A stretch of 64,000 nucleotides of DNA. Origin: a virus. Taxonomy: Duplodnaviria > Caudoviricetes. Below the pieces are notes generated by a model. The model had not been told where the DNA came from and ran no database searches. It saw nothing but the letters and a program-made list of their open reading frames with translations. Positions 29,677 through 39,602 of this stretch are shown here, in pieces; position 1 is the first letter of the stretch; every line of letters starts with the position of its first letter. The DNA is taken from IMG/VR virus record IMGVR_UViG_3300032007_000001; one strand, 5' to 3'. The position numbers were made by a program, and so were the translations under genes.

Positions 29677-30042
29677 TCATTCCTTTACAAATTCTTTACA
29701 CTGGAAACCATTTTCGTTTAGCCATTCCGCTACTATATGTCTATGACAAAAATCAATTGGTTTTTCATAACACAATAATGCTATATCTTGATTATTTGAC
29801 ATTTTCATTAAATCGTCAATTACATTTTTGATAATCAATGGCTTTAATCTCTCTTCTTTGAAACGTTTAGTATATAAATCATTGTTTCCAGTTTCTTTCC
29901 ATTGTTTGAAAATATCCCATGATGGAGCTAATTTTTTATATTCTAACCCGTTATAAAAATCAGGAGATTTGCCGCATATTGCTATTGTTACAATATTTTT
30001 TGGTAAATGTCTCATATATCCAAAATAAGATGTATAAATCAT
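29677..30042 (-). CDS. DUF488-like protein
   Basis: IYTSYF, LAPSW, LLCYEKP..FCHRHIVAEWL. Confidence 0.7.
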   Translation of the reverse strand: MIYTSYFGYMRHLPKNIVTIAICGKSPDFYNGLEYKKLAPSWDIFKQWKETGNNDLYTKRFKEERLKPLIIKNVIDDLMKMSNNQDIALLCYEKPIDFCHRHIVAEWLNENGFQCKEFVKE

Positions 30043-30184
30043 CTATAAACCTCCATTTTATTTATGTGATTTTTCATTTTTAGTGAAAATATAACAATTA
30101 TTGAAATAAAATCCTAATGCAATAGCAACCATAAAAAATACAAAACAAATAGCTGCAGCTTGCGCATTCATTGCAATCACTCCA

Positions 30185-30487
30185 TTATTCTACTTCACAA
30201 ACAACATCATTAATTTCCAATTTATCTGCTTCTATCCACTGCGGAATTCTTACGTTGTTATCAAAATCATAACTTTTGATTGCTAAAATTTTATGGTCTT
30301 TCGTAATGCCATTTATTTTTTTATCTTCAAATTCAAAACTTAATAATTCTTCGTCAACATCATATACAAATTTATTGATTACTTCATGCAAACAATTATC
30401 ACTAGCATAAACATAATCACCAATCTTTATATCTTTTAATTTATTTTTTCCATCTAAAGTTCTAACAATATTATTACCACATATACA
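30185..30487 (-). mobile_element. Split intein N-fragment (IntN, 100 aa)
   Basis: Block A CICGNNIVRTLDG, IKIGDYV, block B ITKDHKIL, WIEADKLEIND, then stop. Confidence 0.92.
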
Positions 30488-31687
30488 CCCACGACCTGGG
30501 CCGTTAGCCATTTTTGCTTTGTATCTTATGAACGAAATGATAGAATCATACAATATAAAATACGTTTCAAATCCCATATCTTGTATAACTTTCATTTCAT
30601 GCATTGCGCGCATTCTATCTTTTTTAGATTGGCAATTTTTTCTTGTTAGACCATTCAAAAAAAGATATGTAAGATATTTTGTTTTTTCCAAATCTTTTTC
30701 ATTAATTGATTTAGATAATTCTTTCCAATCATTAAAAGCGTCATCATCTTTTGGTATCTTAACGCTTGGTAAATAATGTTTATCTGAAGAAAATTCAGTC
30801 ATACATTGTTTGGCTATATTTTCTGTATTTTCTACAGCTTCTAATATAGCTTTTTGGTCCAATTTTTCATGACCGTCTCTCTTAAATGCTTCCAATACTT
30901 CTTCTTTGGACATTATATAATAAGTATTGCCACCATAAGTCCAACGTTCTGGATTTGACATTTTGTCTTTACTTTGCATGCATAAAAGAACATCATGTGC
31001 TTCTTTATTTTCTTTTACAAGATAATGTGCGTCTGTTGTTGCTACCAATGGAATCCCCATTTCTTTTGAAAGAGAAATCAAAACTTCATTAACTTTCGCT
31101 TGGTCTTCCATTGCAGTTGGCTGTATCTCTAAATAAAAATTCTCATGAAATAATTTATTATAATAAGCTATCCATTTTTTAGCAGATTCTATATCATCTT
31201 TTTTTATACATTGTGGTATGCGACCAGCAACACATGCAGAAGTTGCAATTAAATTATCAGTTCCAACTTCTTCTAAACATTTATCATCAATTCTTGGCTT
31301 ATAGTAAAAACCTTTTGTAGCACCAAGCGAAGCCAATTTTGAAATTTTCTTATAACCCTCCATATTTTTGGAAAGTATAATCATATGTTCATTTCTATAA
31401 CTTCTATAATGTTCTATATCTTTATTCAACATATCATCAGTGACATAAAATTCCTCACCGACAATAGGCATAACGTTGTTTTTCGTTGCTTCGTTATAAT
31501 GAAACATAACAGCATATAGATTGCCATGGTCTGTTATGCAGCTATACGCTTGATGATTTTCGTTATATTGATTATTAAAATCTTCTGTCAATTTCTTATT
31601 TGTTTTTACCAAGTCTTCAACTCTCAAACACGAATCCAATAGAGAATATTGAGAATGAACATGTAAATTCACAAACATATTTGGCAT
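30185..31687 (-). CDS. dnaE: DNA polymerase III alpha, N-terminal part (PHP domain), ending in split-intein IntN
   Basis: LHVHSQYSLLD, TDHGN, GFYYKPRID, SACVAG, TTDAHY, ends GPGRG|CICG..; ATG at 31687 after GAGGTG RBS. Confidence 0.93.
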   Translation of the reverse strand: MPNMFVNLHVHSQYSLLDSCLRVEDLVKTNKKLTEDFNNQYNENHQAYSCITDHGNLYAVMFHYNEATKNNVMPIVGEEFYVTDDMLNKDIEHYRSYRNEHMIILSKNMEGYKKISKLASLGATKGFYYKPRIDDKCLEEVGTDNLIATSACVAGRIPQCIKKDDIESAKKWIAYYNKLFHENFYLEIQPTAMEDQAKVNEVLISLSKEMGIPLVATTDAHYLVKENKEAHDVLLCMQSKDKMSNPERWTYGGNTYYIMSKEEVLEAFKRDGHEKLDQKAILEAVENTENIAKQCMTEFSSDKHYLPSVKIPKDDDAFNDWKELSKSINEKDLEKTKYLTYLFLNGLTRKNCQSKKDRMRAMHEMKVIQDMGFETYFILYDSIISFIRYKAKMANGPGRGCICGNNIVRTLDGKNKLKDIKIGDYVYASDNCLHEVINKFVYDVDEELLSFEFEDKKINGITKDHKILAIKSYDFDNNVRIPQWIEADKLEINDVVCEVE

Positions 31688-31734
31688 AAAAACACCTCTG
31701 GATATATTATATAAAATAAAATGGTGATTTTGGA

Positions 31735-32121
31735 ATGATAGATAAAACAAATCATAGCGTTTTTTTAACAAATAAAGATGTTATATTTTATAGTGAATAC
31801 GAATGTAACAACTGCGAAATAAAATACTATAATAATGACTTTGTTACATTCGTTTTCAATGGAATATTTAGATTAAAAGTTATAATAGCTTTTAATTTTA
31901 TAGAACCAAGTATAAATTATAGCCAAAATTCTCCACCTATCATGGAATCTTTCAATAATATTGAAAATTTTAAGTTGTTTTTATCTGAACATATATCTAT
32001 CATTAAACTTCCAAAAAAATTTTTGCAAACATTTTTTGACGATGATGCCAAAAAAATAGAAAAAATATTAAAAATGCCAGAAATAAAAAATGAAACAATA
32101 TTATTGAAATACGGCTTATAA
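31735..32121 (+). CDS. Hypothetical protein
   Basis: 128 aa ORF divergent from dnaE-N. Confidence 0.45.
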   Translation: MIDKTNHSVFLTNKDVIFYSEYECNNCEIKYYNNDFVTFVFNGIFRLKVIIAFNFIEPSINYSQNSPPIMESFNNIENFKLFLSEHISIIKLPKKFLQTFFDDDAKKIEKILKMPEIKNETILLKYGL

Positions 32122-32132
32122 AAAGAGATGAT

Positions 32133-32420
32133 TTATTCATCTCTTTTTATTTTCCCTATTGATTCGTGAAGATATATGTCAAATACATATCCATTTTCAT
32201 CAACAATAAAAAATCTTCCATCTGTTGTATAGATTTTATAATTTAATTGCTGCAATTTGTTTGACTTTATTCCTTCTTCTATTTTATTGATTCTTTGTTC
32301 ATTGTCTCTTTTTACATTGTTATTCATATGCGAAATCACAAAATATAAAAAGCAAAACATAATTACAAATGCTGAAATCAATAAAAAACTATCAGAATAT
32401 TTTCGAAAAAAACTTTTCAT
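32133..32420 (-). CDS. Small membrane-anchored protein
   Basis: N-terminal hydrophobic segment. Confidence 0.5.
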   Translation of the reverse strand: MKSFFRKYSDSFLLISAFVIMFCFLYFVISHMNNNVKRDNEQRINKIEEGIKSNKLQQLNYKIYTTDGRFFIVDENGYVFDIYLHESIGKIKRDE

Positions 32421-32429
32421 AATTTTTCC

Positions 32430-32771
32430 TCAATCATCTTCATTACGCCCAATATATTTGACATATGCAAATTCATCAGAAATATACATCGCTAAATTCA
32501 ATAAATCTTCTTCTTCATATCCAAATTCTTTTTTATAAATGTCGTAACCGTCATTAACATATTCTTTAACTCTAAATTTTGATGATTCTGACATATCTAT
32601 ATGTTCAAATTCGTTTGTAATATTGATTGACGGTCTTCCTTCATTAAAATTTTCATGGTTTAATATTTTTTCCATTATTTTTGCTACAGAAGGATTAACC
32701 TTATCGTTGTGGATAGCAAATATATAAGATGAACTGCTTGAATTTGTAACAAAATCGGTTCTAAATTTCAT
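32430..32771 (-). CDS. Hypothetical protein with MKxRTDFVTNSSSSS motif
   Basis: Recurrent N-terminal motif of uncharacterised phage/Firmicutes proteins. Confidence 0.6.
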   Translation of the reverse strand: MKFRTDFVTNSSSSSYIFAIHNDKVNPSVAKIMEKILNHENFNEGRPSINITNEFEHIDMSESSKFRVKEYVNDGYDIYKKEFGYEEEDLLNLAMYISDEFAYVKYIGRNEDD

Positions 32772-32872
32772 AATTTATCACCTTTACTCAAAAAAATCGT
32801 AATATTTCAACACAATGTATATCATTAAAATATACCAAAATATACCTGCTACTAGAAGCAGTACAATAATCA

Positions 32873-33118
32873 TTATATGTAACGCTCCATTTTTTTGTAT
32901 TCTAAAAATTTTTTATTTGTATTACTATTTTCTTTCAACATATTTCTTATTTCTTCTCTTACTATGCGTCTTATTTCATGTTCTACCAATTGTGGAAAAT
33001 GAAATTTTTGTTCTTCAACTTGGTCTAAGCCATCAGAATTCTCTATTACAGAATCCTTCATGGCTTCTTCTATTTCTTTCGCTATTTCTGCTAAATCATA
33101 CCAAGTTTTAGAATCCAT
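32873..33118 (-). CDS. Hypothetical protein
   Basis: 81 aa, directly follows the TS homologue. Confidence 0.5.
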   Translation of the reverse strand: MDSKTWYDLAEIAKEIEEAMKDSVIENSDGLDQVEEQKFHFPQLVEHEIRRIVREEIRNMLKENSNTNKKFLEYKKMERYI

Positions 33119-33119
33119 T

Positions 33120-34106
33120 TTACTTCTTCAATTCTTTGTACCTATCTAACACATACTTAAATTCATTATTAATGAATGGATGGAATAATTCAAGGAAATC
33201 ATTTCTGTTTCCATTTTTCCTATAATTATACATTGCCAAAAATGCAGCATTACTCTGCCAATATTTGTCTTTAATGTTTTCTATCATTTCAAAAATATGT
33301 TTTAAGTTAATTTCGTTTGTAAGTTTTCGCGTTGTTTGTTCAACATTCAAGAATGTCTGTACATCATCATTATTAAAAGAATTATTGAATGGAATATATT
33401 CATCATAAATATCTTTATGTTCTTCATTTACAATATCCTTGCACCAATCCATTTGTTCTATATATAAATGCAAAGAATCAACAACATGTGTATATATACC
33501 AACTTCAATTCCCAAACGATTCGCCATAATTTTTTGCAATACTGTAAAATTAAAAACATCATATGGATAGCCAAACATAATATCATTGCTGCGCATCAGT
33601 ACTAAAAGATTAAGCTTATCATTTCTAATTGAAAATCTCATTAAATTCGTACAAGGTTTGTCTTTCGTTTCTTTGAAATCTTTATTTGGGTCAAACAATA
33701 CAATTGTACCTTGACGAGAATTCTTATCATTTTTCAGAAGTTCGATTACATTTTCAAATTGATTGACTTCATGTTCACTATATCTAAAAATACGTTGCCC
33801 ATATGCACCATTCAATGTCATTCCATCATCGCTGAAATTCATCCAGTTTTTATTATAATGCGCTATATGATGTGCATCATTGCTTCCTTGCAAAATCCAA
33901 GCTAATTCTCCAAGCATAAAACCATAATTAAGTTTCCTGGCTGGACTCAAGATTACATTTTTAAGAGGTTCTTTAATGGTTATACTAGCCGGAGTTATTT
34001 CGAGTGTTTCTATGCCTCGTGGTGCAATTTTCTTACCATTATTTATTAGTTCATTAATCAAATAACTGTAAGAAGAAGGTATTGTATCAAATTCAAATGT
34101 TTTCAT
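33120..34106 (-). CDS. Thymidylate synthase homologue, probable dCMP hydroxymethylase
   Basis: GELAWIL, GAYGQR, SRQ, PC catalytic Cys, MRSNDIMFGYPYD with Asp where ThyA has the dUMP-specifying Asn, SLHLY. Confidence 0.75.
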   Translation of the reverse strand: MKTFEFDTIPSSYSYLINELINNGKKIAPRGIETLEITPASITIKEPLKNVILSPARKLNYGFMLGELAWILQGSNDAHHIAHYNKNWMNFSDDGMTLNGAYGQRIFRYSEHEVNQFENVIELLKNDKNSRQGTIVLFDPNKDFKETKDKPCTNLMRFSIRNDKLNLLVLMRSNDIMFGYPYDVFNFTVLQKIMANRLGIEVGIYTHVVDSLHLYIEQMDWCKDIVNEEHKDIYDEYIPFNNSFNNDDVQTFLNVEQTTRKLTNEINLKHIFEMIENIKDKYWQSNAAFLAMYNYRKNGNRNDFLELFHPFINNEFKYVLDRYKELKK

Positions 34107-34182
34107 AAAAATACTCCTAACAACAAAAAGAAAAATGGAAGAAAAATATCTTCCATTTATTCTATGAAATCAAAAACATTTC

Positions 34183-34965
34183 TTAAATAGCAAGTATTTT
34201 TGTTGGCATTAATTGGTCATCTACATTTAAGCAATCTTCAAAATGTACAACGTCTCCAAGCCTAAGACTTGAACCATAACATCCACCAGCGCCATCATAT
34301 ACGGCTATATATTCATTATTCCCATAAATAATTAATTGTCCTTCTTTTAATTCCAAAAGATTATTTGGGAAATCCCTTCTAGTACTTAACAAATTTGTAA
34401 CTAAATCATTTATCCTACTTGTTCCTTTTAATACTTCTTGCCTAATCAACAAACTATACGTAGAAGCTATTGACATGGCAACTTCCATATATGTTGTCCT
34501 TGGATTTACATTTGGTACAATATTTTTAGCTTTTGTTTTAAGATATCCTTTATATACCAATGATTGGAATGTATTTTTTGATGTATTCAAAAGTTCCCAA
34601 ATGCCCCACGTATTGTTTTCGATATCGCCAGTTCTAACATATATTTTGCCAATTTTACTAGTATCTACAATATCATCAACAACATTCATAATTTGGAATG
34701 ACATATTCCCACAAGCAAAATGAAAAAGAGTTCCTCTTGTACAAAACATTTCTGATATATTTTGGCTTGGAATAATAGAGTACATCATTATCCCATTGAG
34801 TGGCCAAAGTCCAGGACCGTCTTCTTCTGTTGTTATATCAACTGGAAAAACGCTTTCATTTACGAATAAATTATAAATATAATCAACTTTTTCTTTCGTT
34901 GATTCTCTCATTTCATTTAAGTCATTATATAACTTCTTTAATGAAAGTTCTTTTTGTGCTGCCAC
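34183..34965 (-). CDS. Hypothetical protein, possibly structural
   Basis: IYVRTG..WGIWE motif seen in fibre knob-like domains. Confidence 0.4.
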   Translation of the reverse strand: MAAQKELSLKKLYNDLNEMRESTKEKVDYIYNLFVNESVFPVDITTEEDGPGLWPLNGIMMYSIIPSQNISEMFCTRGTLFHFACGNMSFQIMNVVDDIVDTSKIGKIYVRTGDIENNTWGIWELLNTSKNTFQSLVYKGYLKTKAKNIVPNVNPRTTYMEVAMSIASTYSLLIRQEVLKGTSRINDLVTNLLSTRRDFPNNLLELKEGQLIIYGNNEYIAVYDGAGGCYGSSLRLGDVVHFEDCLNVDDQLMPTKILAI

Positions 34966-34966
34966 A

Positions 34967-35923
34967 TCAGCACCTCCTATTTCTTATGCAATTATTGAAT
35001 TCAATAAATTCTTCAAAATCATCTGGATTCAAAGTATCAACTTGTATATTTGTAATTAATGAATTTGTAAGTTCATCATCTATACCACTGCTATATTCTC
35101 CACAGTATACCAATCTTTTTATACCTGAAGAAATAATCATTTTTGTGCAATTAGTACAAGGTTTGCATGTTACATATAATGTAGCATCTTTAATATTAAT
35201 ACCATTCATAGCTGCTTTTGAAATTGCATTTGCTTCAGCATGCTGAGAACGGCAATTGTGCACAATCAATCCAATTCTATCGTTCATATCTATTGCAAAA
35301 TTATTTGTTTCTGGAACTTCTAAATCGTATACCGGAAAAACGCCATTTAATTTTTCAACAGCTATGACTTTATTATGAATCAACGTAAATTCATCATTAA
35401 ATGCAAACATCCTACAAACATCATTTGGTTTTAAGTTAATAGCCTGTTTATATGATAAATCTTGCATCATAATTCTATGGTCACTTGTGCATTTGATTGC
35501 TTTTCTATTTTCAAAAACAATCTTTACTATATCATCTCTTTGACCAGTCAAATGAGGATTCGTTGCTTGTGCTGGAACAACATTACCAGTAAGTTCATCA
35601 ACAGAATATAGCCAAACATCTTCATTTGTTTTTGCAAGTTCTTCCATTGATTTTAATTGTCCATCTAACAATCTTACATAATTATCTCCAGTCAAACAAA
35701 GTTCTTGTCTTTCACCTGAAGGAATATGCAATTTCTCTCTTATACATAATTCGTGATTATCAATACAATGTTCCATGCCAGGCAACGCACCATTATAGCC
35801 AGCACTTAATTGGATTTTATCTCTAGCTATAACGCTACCGACTTGTCTCCTAAAGCACGTTGAACGTGAAGCATACATAAAAGCAATCTTCATAAAAAAA
35901 TGGTCAATATCTTCTCTAATCAC
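34967..35923 (-). CDS. dCMP deaminase interrupted by a mini-intein
   Basis: RSTCFRRQVGSVI, GYNG, HAEANAI, PCTNC zinc motifs; intein insert before CRSQHAE. Confidence 0.9.
   Translation of the reverse strand: MIREDIDHFFMKIAFMYASRSTCFRRQVGSVIARDKIQLSAGYNGALPGMEHCIDNHELCIREKLHIPSGERQELCLTGDNYVRLLDGQLKSMEELAKTNEDVWLYSVDELTGNVVPAQATNPHLTGQRDDIVKIVFENRKAIKCTSDHRIMMQDLSYKQAINLKPNDVCRMFAFNDEFTLIHNKVIAVEKLNGVFPVYDLEVPETNNFAIDMNDRIGLIVHNCRSQHAEANAISKAAMNGINIKDATLYVTCKPCTNCTKMIISSGIKRLVYCGEYSSGIDDELTNSLITNIQVDTLNPDDFEEFIEFNNCIRNRRC
35255..35698 (-). mobile_element. Contiguous mini-intein (148 aa, no endonuclease)
   Basis: CLTGDNYVRLLDG ... CTSDHRIM ... VYDLEV ... IVHN|C. Confidence 0.9.
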
Positions 35924-36627
35924 AAAACCACTACCTTTTCCGGTTTAATGATATCAATCTGTTTTTGTACGTCTCTATCAATAGTAATCCAAGCATTATC
36001 ATAGTGTAAACTTGGACAAACAATACGAGTAGAGTCATCTTCATCATTTACAATATACATTGTAGTTGCATTAACATTACCGCGTGGTACTTTTTCCCAA
36101 TCTTTCGTCAATGCTTGCATAACACTGTATTTATCTATTGCTGCCAAAGTTCTTTCCAATGTTTGTTGGTTATTAAATTTTGACGTATTAATTCTGACAT
36201 AAGGCAAATGTTGAATATGCATAAATTTTTCAAAATTCTCTTTTTCTATACCAAGATGTTCTGGTCTCATAAAATCTTCACCACGACGAGCAATACGTCT
36301 TCTAACATCGCTTGGCGCAGCATGAACATAAATAAAAAATGGAATATAATCCAATCCATACATTTTATTTTCTAATTCTAACAAATATTCTGCTGTATAT
36401 CCACGATAAATCGGCGCATAAATCCATTCACCTTCGTGAAATCTATCCAATAGATAATCGCTATTTTTATCCATATTATCCAAAAAACTAAAATATTGGT
36501 TCCTTCCGTCTTCCATATCTTTTGGATTTGAAAAATGTTGAGTTTTTAATCCTTCAAAATAATCTATTAATTTGTGACATAACGAAGTTTTTCCTGCACA
36601 ATTTACTCCAGATACAATCAAGAACAT
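35920..36627 (-). CDS. dNMP (thymidylate-like) kinase
   Basis: P-loop GVNCAGKT, DRFHEGEWIYAPIYRG, RIARRGED. Confidence 0.8.
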   Translation of the reverse strand: MFLIVSGVNCAGKTSLCHKLIDYFEGLKTQHFSNPKDMEDGRNQYFSFLDNMDKNSDYLLDRFHEGEWIYAPIYRGYTAEYLLELENKMYGLDYIPFFIYVHAAPSDVRRRIARRGEDFMRPEHLGIEKENFEKFMHIQHLPYVRINTSKFNNQQTLERTLAAIDKYSVMQALTKDWEKVPRGNVNATTMYIVNDEDDSTRIVCPSLHYDNAWITIDRDVQKQIDIIKPEKVVVL

Positions 36628-36696
36628 ATAACCACACTCCTTATGGTTATATTCTATAAAAAGAAAAAGAGTAGATTTTTCTACTCTTTTTATATA

Positions 36697-37944
36697 TCAA
36701 TCTGCCAATTGTACAATTCTATACGCGCACATATTGTCTGTTGGTACAGAATACATACTTAAAACGTTAAAATGTCCAGAATCATCATACGCAGAAATAC
36801 CAGCCTCATAATCATCAAGCAAACATATTTTGTTTTCGCAATAATGACTCGACGAATTATCCAAAACATCATTTCCTATAAATATATCACTCATGTCATA
36901 ATTATTTGTTGAATTAAATAAAAAACTCATTACATGACTACCATATTTATACGGTATGGATGTATCAATAATTTCGTTCGAACCATCATTTTTTAATATT
37001 TTATATGTTTGTCTATCACATTCAAATCCATATAACCAACACCGCGATGTATAACGAAGATTGTCTGGTTTGTGTCCAAAAATATCGTATATATTGTGAT
37101 ATTTTGTAGCGAAACCATCATCTTCCATATATTGCTCGTATTCTTCGTATTCTTCATTTTCAATTAACATTTGTAATTCTTCTTCTGTTTTTTCTTCAAT
37201 ACGAATGTCACTCCATAAATTATAGGCACCATATTCAACAAGTAACAATCGTTGTAATAAAGAATGGTCATAAATTGAATACATATTATAACCAGAATTT
37301 CCGTTGCTATTTAATGATAAACATGCATTATACGCATCTTGATAAGAAGTTGTATCTATATCGGACAATCTTATTGACCCTGGTAAATTATTTGTTTTTG
37401 ACGAAAGAAATTTTGCTATTCTTAATTTATGCGGTTGCCCATCGTTTCCGATAAATGCTGGGTGTACATGAAACCCATCTGCATAACCGTCTGCTATCCA
37501 ATAACATACTTTTCCAGCATATGTTCCACTCTGTATAGTCTCTGTCTTTACATATGTAATAGGTATTTCTACAAAATCTCCTACTGATGTTGTTACATTT
37601 CTCATATTGGAATATGTACCATGAGAATATACTTCATTTAAGTTAGCAAACGTTTCTTTATCATATCTAATTCTATCAACAGATTGTGTACTAGTCAATA
37701 CAGCTCCAAGAATATGTTGTGCCTGTGGAACCACAATCGGTACTGTATATTTGGGGACAAAATAATATTTTCCCATTGATTTAACATAAATACCAAGATT
37801 ATTATTATTAACATTATTTACTTGCGTAGCAGCCAAAGGAGATATTACGCCATTATTTCCTTGCCACAATACTCTTGGATATTCATTGTTTTCTGCTATC
37901 CTTACTTCTATTCCTTCTATTGTAGTTGTTGACACTATCATCAC
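36697..37944 (-). CDS. Putative virion/receptor-binding protein
   Basis: GFHVHPAFIG motif common in phage fibre domains; N-terminus shared with 38010..38585. Confidence 0.5.
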   Translation of the reverse strand: MMIVSTTTIEGIEVRIAENNEYPRVLWQGNNGVISPLAATQVNNVNNNNLGIYVKSMGKYYFVPKYTVPIVVPQAQHILGAVLTSTQSVDRIRYDKETFANLNEVYSHGTYSNMRNVTTSVGDFVEIPITYVKTETIQSGTYAGKVCYWIADGYADGFHVHPAFIGNDGQPHKLRIAKFLSSKTNNLPGSIRLSDIDTTSYQDAYNACLSLNSNGNSGYNMYSIYDHSLLQRLLLVEYGAYNLWSDIRIEEKTEEELQMLIENEEYEEYEQYMEDDGFATKYHNIYDIFGHKPDNLRYTSRCWLYGFECDRQTYKILKNDGSNEIIDTSIPYKYGSHVMSFLFNSTNNYDMSDIFIGNDVLDNSSSHYCENKICLLDDYEAGISAYDDSGHFNVLSMYSVPTDNMCAYRIVQLAD

Positions 37945-38009
37945 TTCTCTATTATATTTATATAAATTAAATATAAAAGAACTAATCGTTTGATTAGTTC
38001 TTTTATTTC

Positions 38010-38585
38010 TTAAAAAGCTTCTGCTTTATATACCAATTTATAGATTTTCTTTCCGTAAGAACCACTGCTGAAACTCAATGAATGAATTCCTGATTCAACA
38101 ACATAATCAACATAACCATCTGGATTTTGAGCATTAGTTTGTTCAGTTTCTGAACTCATACTATTTGGAACAGCTACACCGTCTGGCGAATATTCCAAAT
38201 TGCCCTCAATACCAAGATATCTGACTTCTAAATGACGATTTACATTATCCATATTTTCGCCATAGTAATCAGCTAATGTTGGAGCAATATGTTCACTAAA
38301 TCCTTCTATATCATCTAACAATACTTCAGATTCAACTGTATCTAAAGTAAATGTAATTTCCCAATCTTCTTGTGGTGTAACAACTGGTATTAGCTCACCA
38401 TTTATATAAAAATACTTATTATCAGCTTTCAAATAAAGTCCTAATTGTTGATTATTTACCTGCTGCACCTGTTGTGCAGCAACAGCAAATTCCCCTTCGT
38501 TATCTTGGAATATAGCTCTTGGATACGTTGTAGTATCGTCGTTAGCTAATACCGTGACATTAAAACCGTGAAGTTCTTTAATCAT
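38010..38585 (-). CDS. Paralog of the N-terminus of 36697..37944
   Basis: YPR..Q..G..AA.QV..VNN..LG.Y.K...KY shared module. Confidence 0.55.
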   Translation of the reverse strand: MIKELHGFNVTVLANDDTTTYPRAIFQDNEGEFAVAAQQVQQVNNQQLGLYLKADNKYFYINGELIPVVTPQEDWEITFTLDTVESEVLLDDIEGFSEHIAPTLADYYGENMDNVNRHLEVRYLGIEGNLEYSPDGVAVPNSMSSETEQTNAQNPDGYVDYVVESGIHSLSFSSGSYGKKIYKLVYKAEAF

Positions 38586-38658
38586 GTTATTTCACCACTG
38601 TTTATAAAATTTTAATTATTACCTTCTTTCCTTTTTGGCTTTCGTATTTGTTATAAAA

Positions 38659-39057
38659 TTATTTATCCTCTAAAAGGTCTGGTCGCCTTGTAGATTCGCT
38701 ACTTGATGTATCTTTATAAGAATAATCAATAGAATCACTATCTATTTCTTCATTCATTTTATCCAAATCTTCTTTGGAATGCAATGTATCATCCTTTATA
38801 ATCTTATCAAGATGTCCTTCTAGTAAAACTCTATCATTTGTAGCATTTTGTTTTATATTATTTTCATACAAGAAATACTGTAATATACTCTGGTCCCAAT
38901 TTGAAAAATGGTCTCTCATCCAAGTACGAAATAATTTGCCTATTTTATCCGTTTCAATTGGGTCATCTTCGTGTATATCTAAAACATATTTCATTGTTAG
39001 TATTATACTTTTTCTTTTTCTTCTTGGTTTTCCAAGACGTTTCATTTTTTCTTCCAT
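38659..39057 (-). CDS. Hypothetical protein with basic N-terminus
   Basis: MEEKMKRLGKPRRKRK. Confidence 0.5.
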   Translation of the reverse strand: MEEKMKRLGKPRRKRKSIILTMKYVLDIHEDDPIETDKIGKLFRTWMRDHFSNWDQSILQYFLYENNIKQNATNDRVLLEGHLDKIIKDDTLHSKEDLDKMNEEIDSDSIDYSYKDTSSSESTRRPDLLEDK

Positions 39058-39074
39058 ATTAAAAACCTTCTATC

Positions 39075-39560
39075 TTATCTAAAATCATCATCATTAATTA
39101 GAATGCAATCATTATATTGATAGATTTTTTCATAATCTGAATCCAAACTTTTTGTGTAATCAATTAAACTTTCAAAATCACTTAATGGGGCATCTTCCAT
39201 TTTCTTATAATATTCTTCTATTGGCATATCATCTGTTATATGATATTTCTTTCTTAATTCATCCCATTTTAATGGCATAATTCCATAATCATCAAATAAC
39301 ACTAATGCATAATTCCAATCATTATAAGAATCTATCTCTTTAATTTGACCGAAATTCAATATATCATGAATATACATTTTAACAGCTTGCATTGGATTGT
39401 TTGTCTTATAAACATTAAATCCATTAAATACATCGCCATTTCTATAATTTTCTAAATTAAATCCATAATTAACGACATCATCATAATCGTCACCATCTGC
39501 TGGAGTTAATCCTAATACTTTTTCAGCAAAATCTTCATTATCTAATTTTTCAAATGCCAT
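39075..39560 (-). CDS. Acidic hypothetical protein
   Basis: 161 aa ORF with RBS. Confidence 0.5.
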   Translation of the reverse strand: MAFEKLDNEDFAEKVLGLTPADGDDYDDVVNYGFNLENYRNGDVFNGFNVYKTNNPMQAVKMYIHDILNFGQIKEIDSYNDWNYALVLFDDYGIMPLKWDELRKKYHITDDMPIEEYYKKMEDAPLSDFESLIDYTKSLDSDYEKIYQYNDCILINDDDFR

Positions 39561-39602
39561 TTTATATCATTCCTTGTCATACATTTCTCTATAACATAAT
39601 AA

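Noticed and set aside
7509-30184. Group I/II intron or prophage-like excisable element interrupting dnaE
   Set aside because: Both halves have their own start and stop codons and intein termini; no intron core, integrase or att-like direct repeats were seen
33120-34106. Ordinary thymidylate synthase ThyA
   Set aside because: Has Asp rather than Asn at the pyrimidine-specificity position; a canonical ThyA call is disfavoured but not excluded
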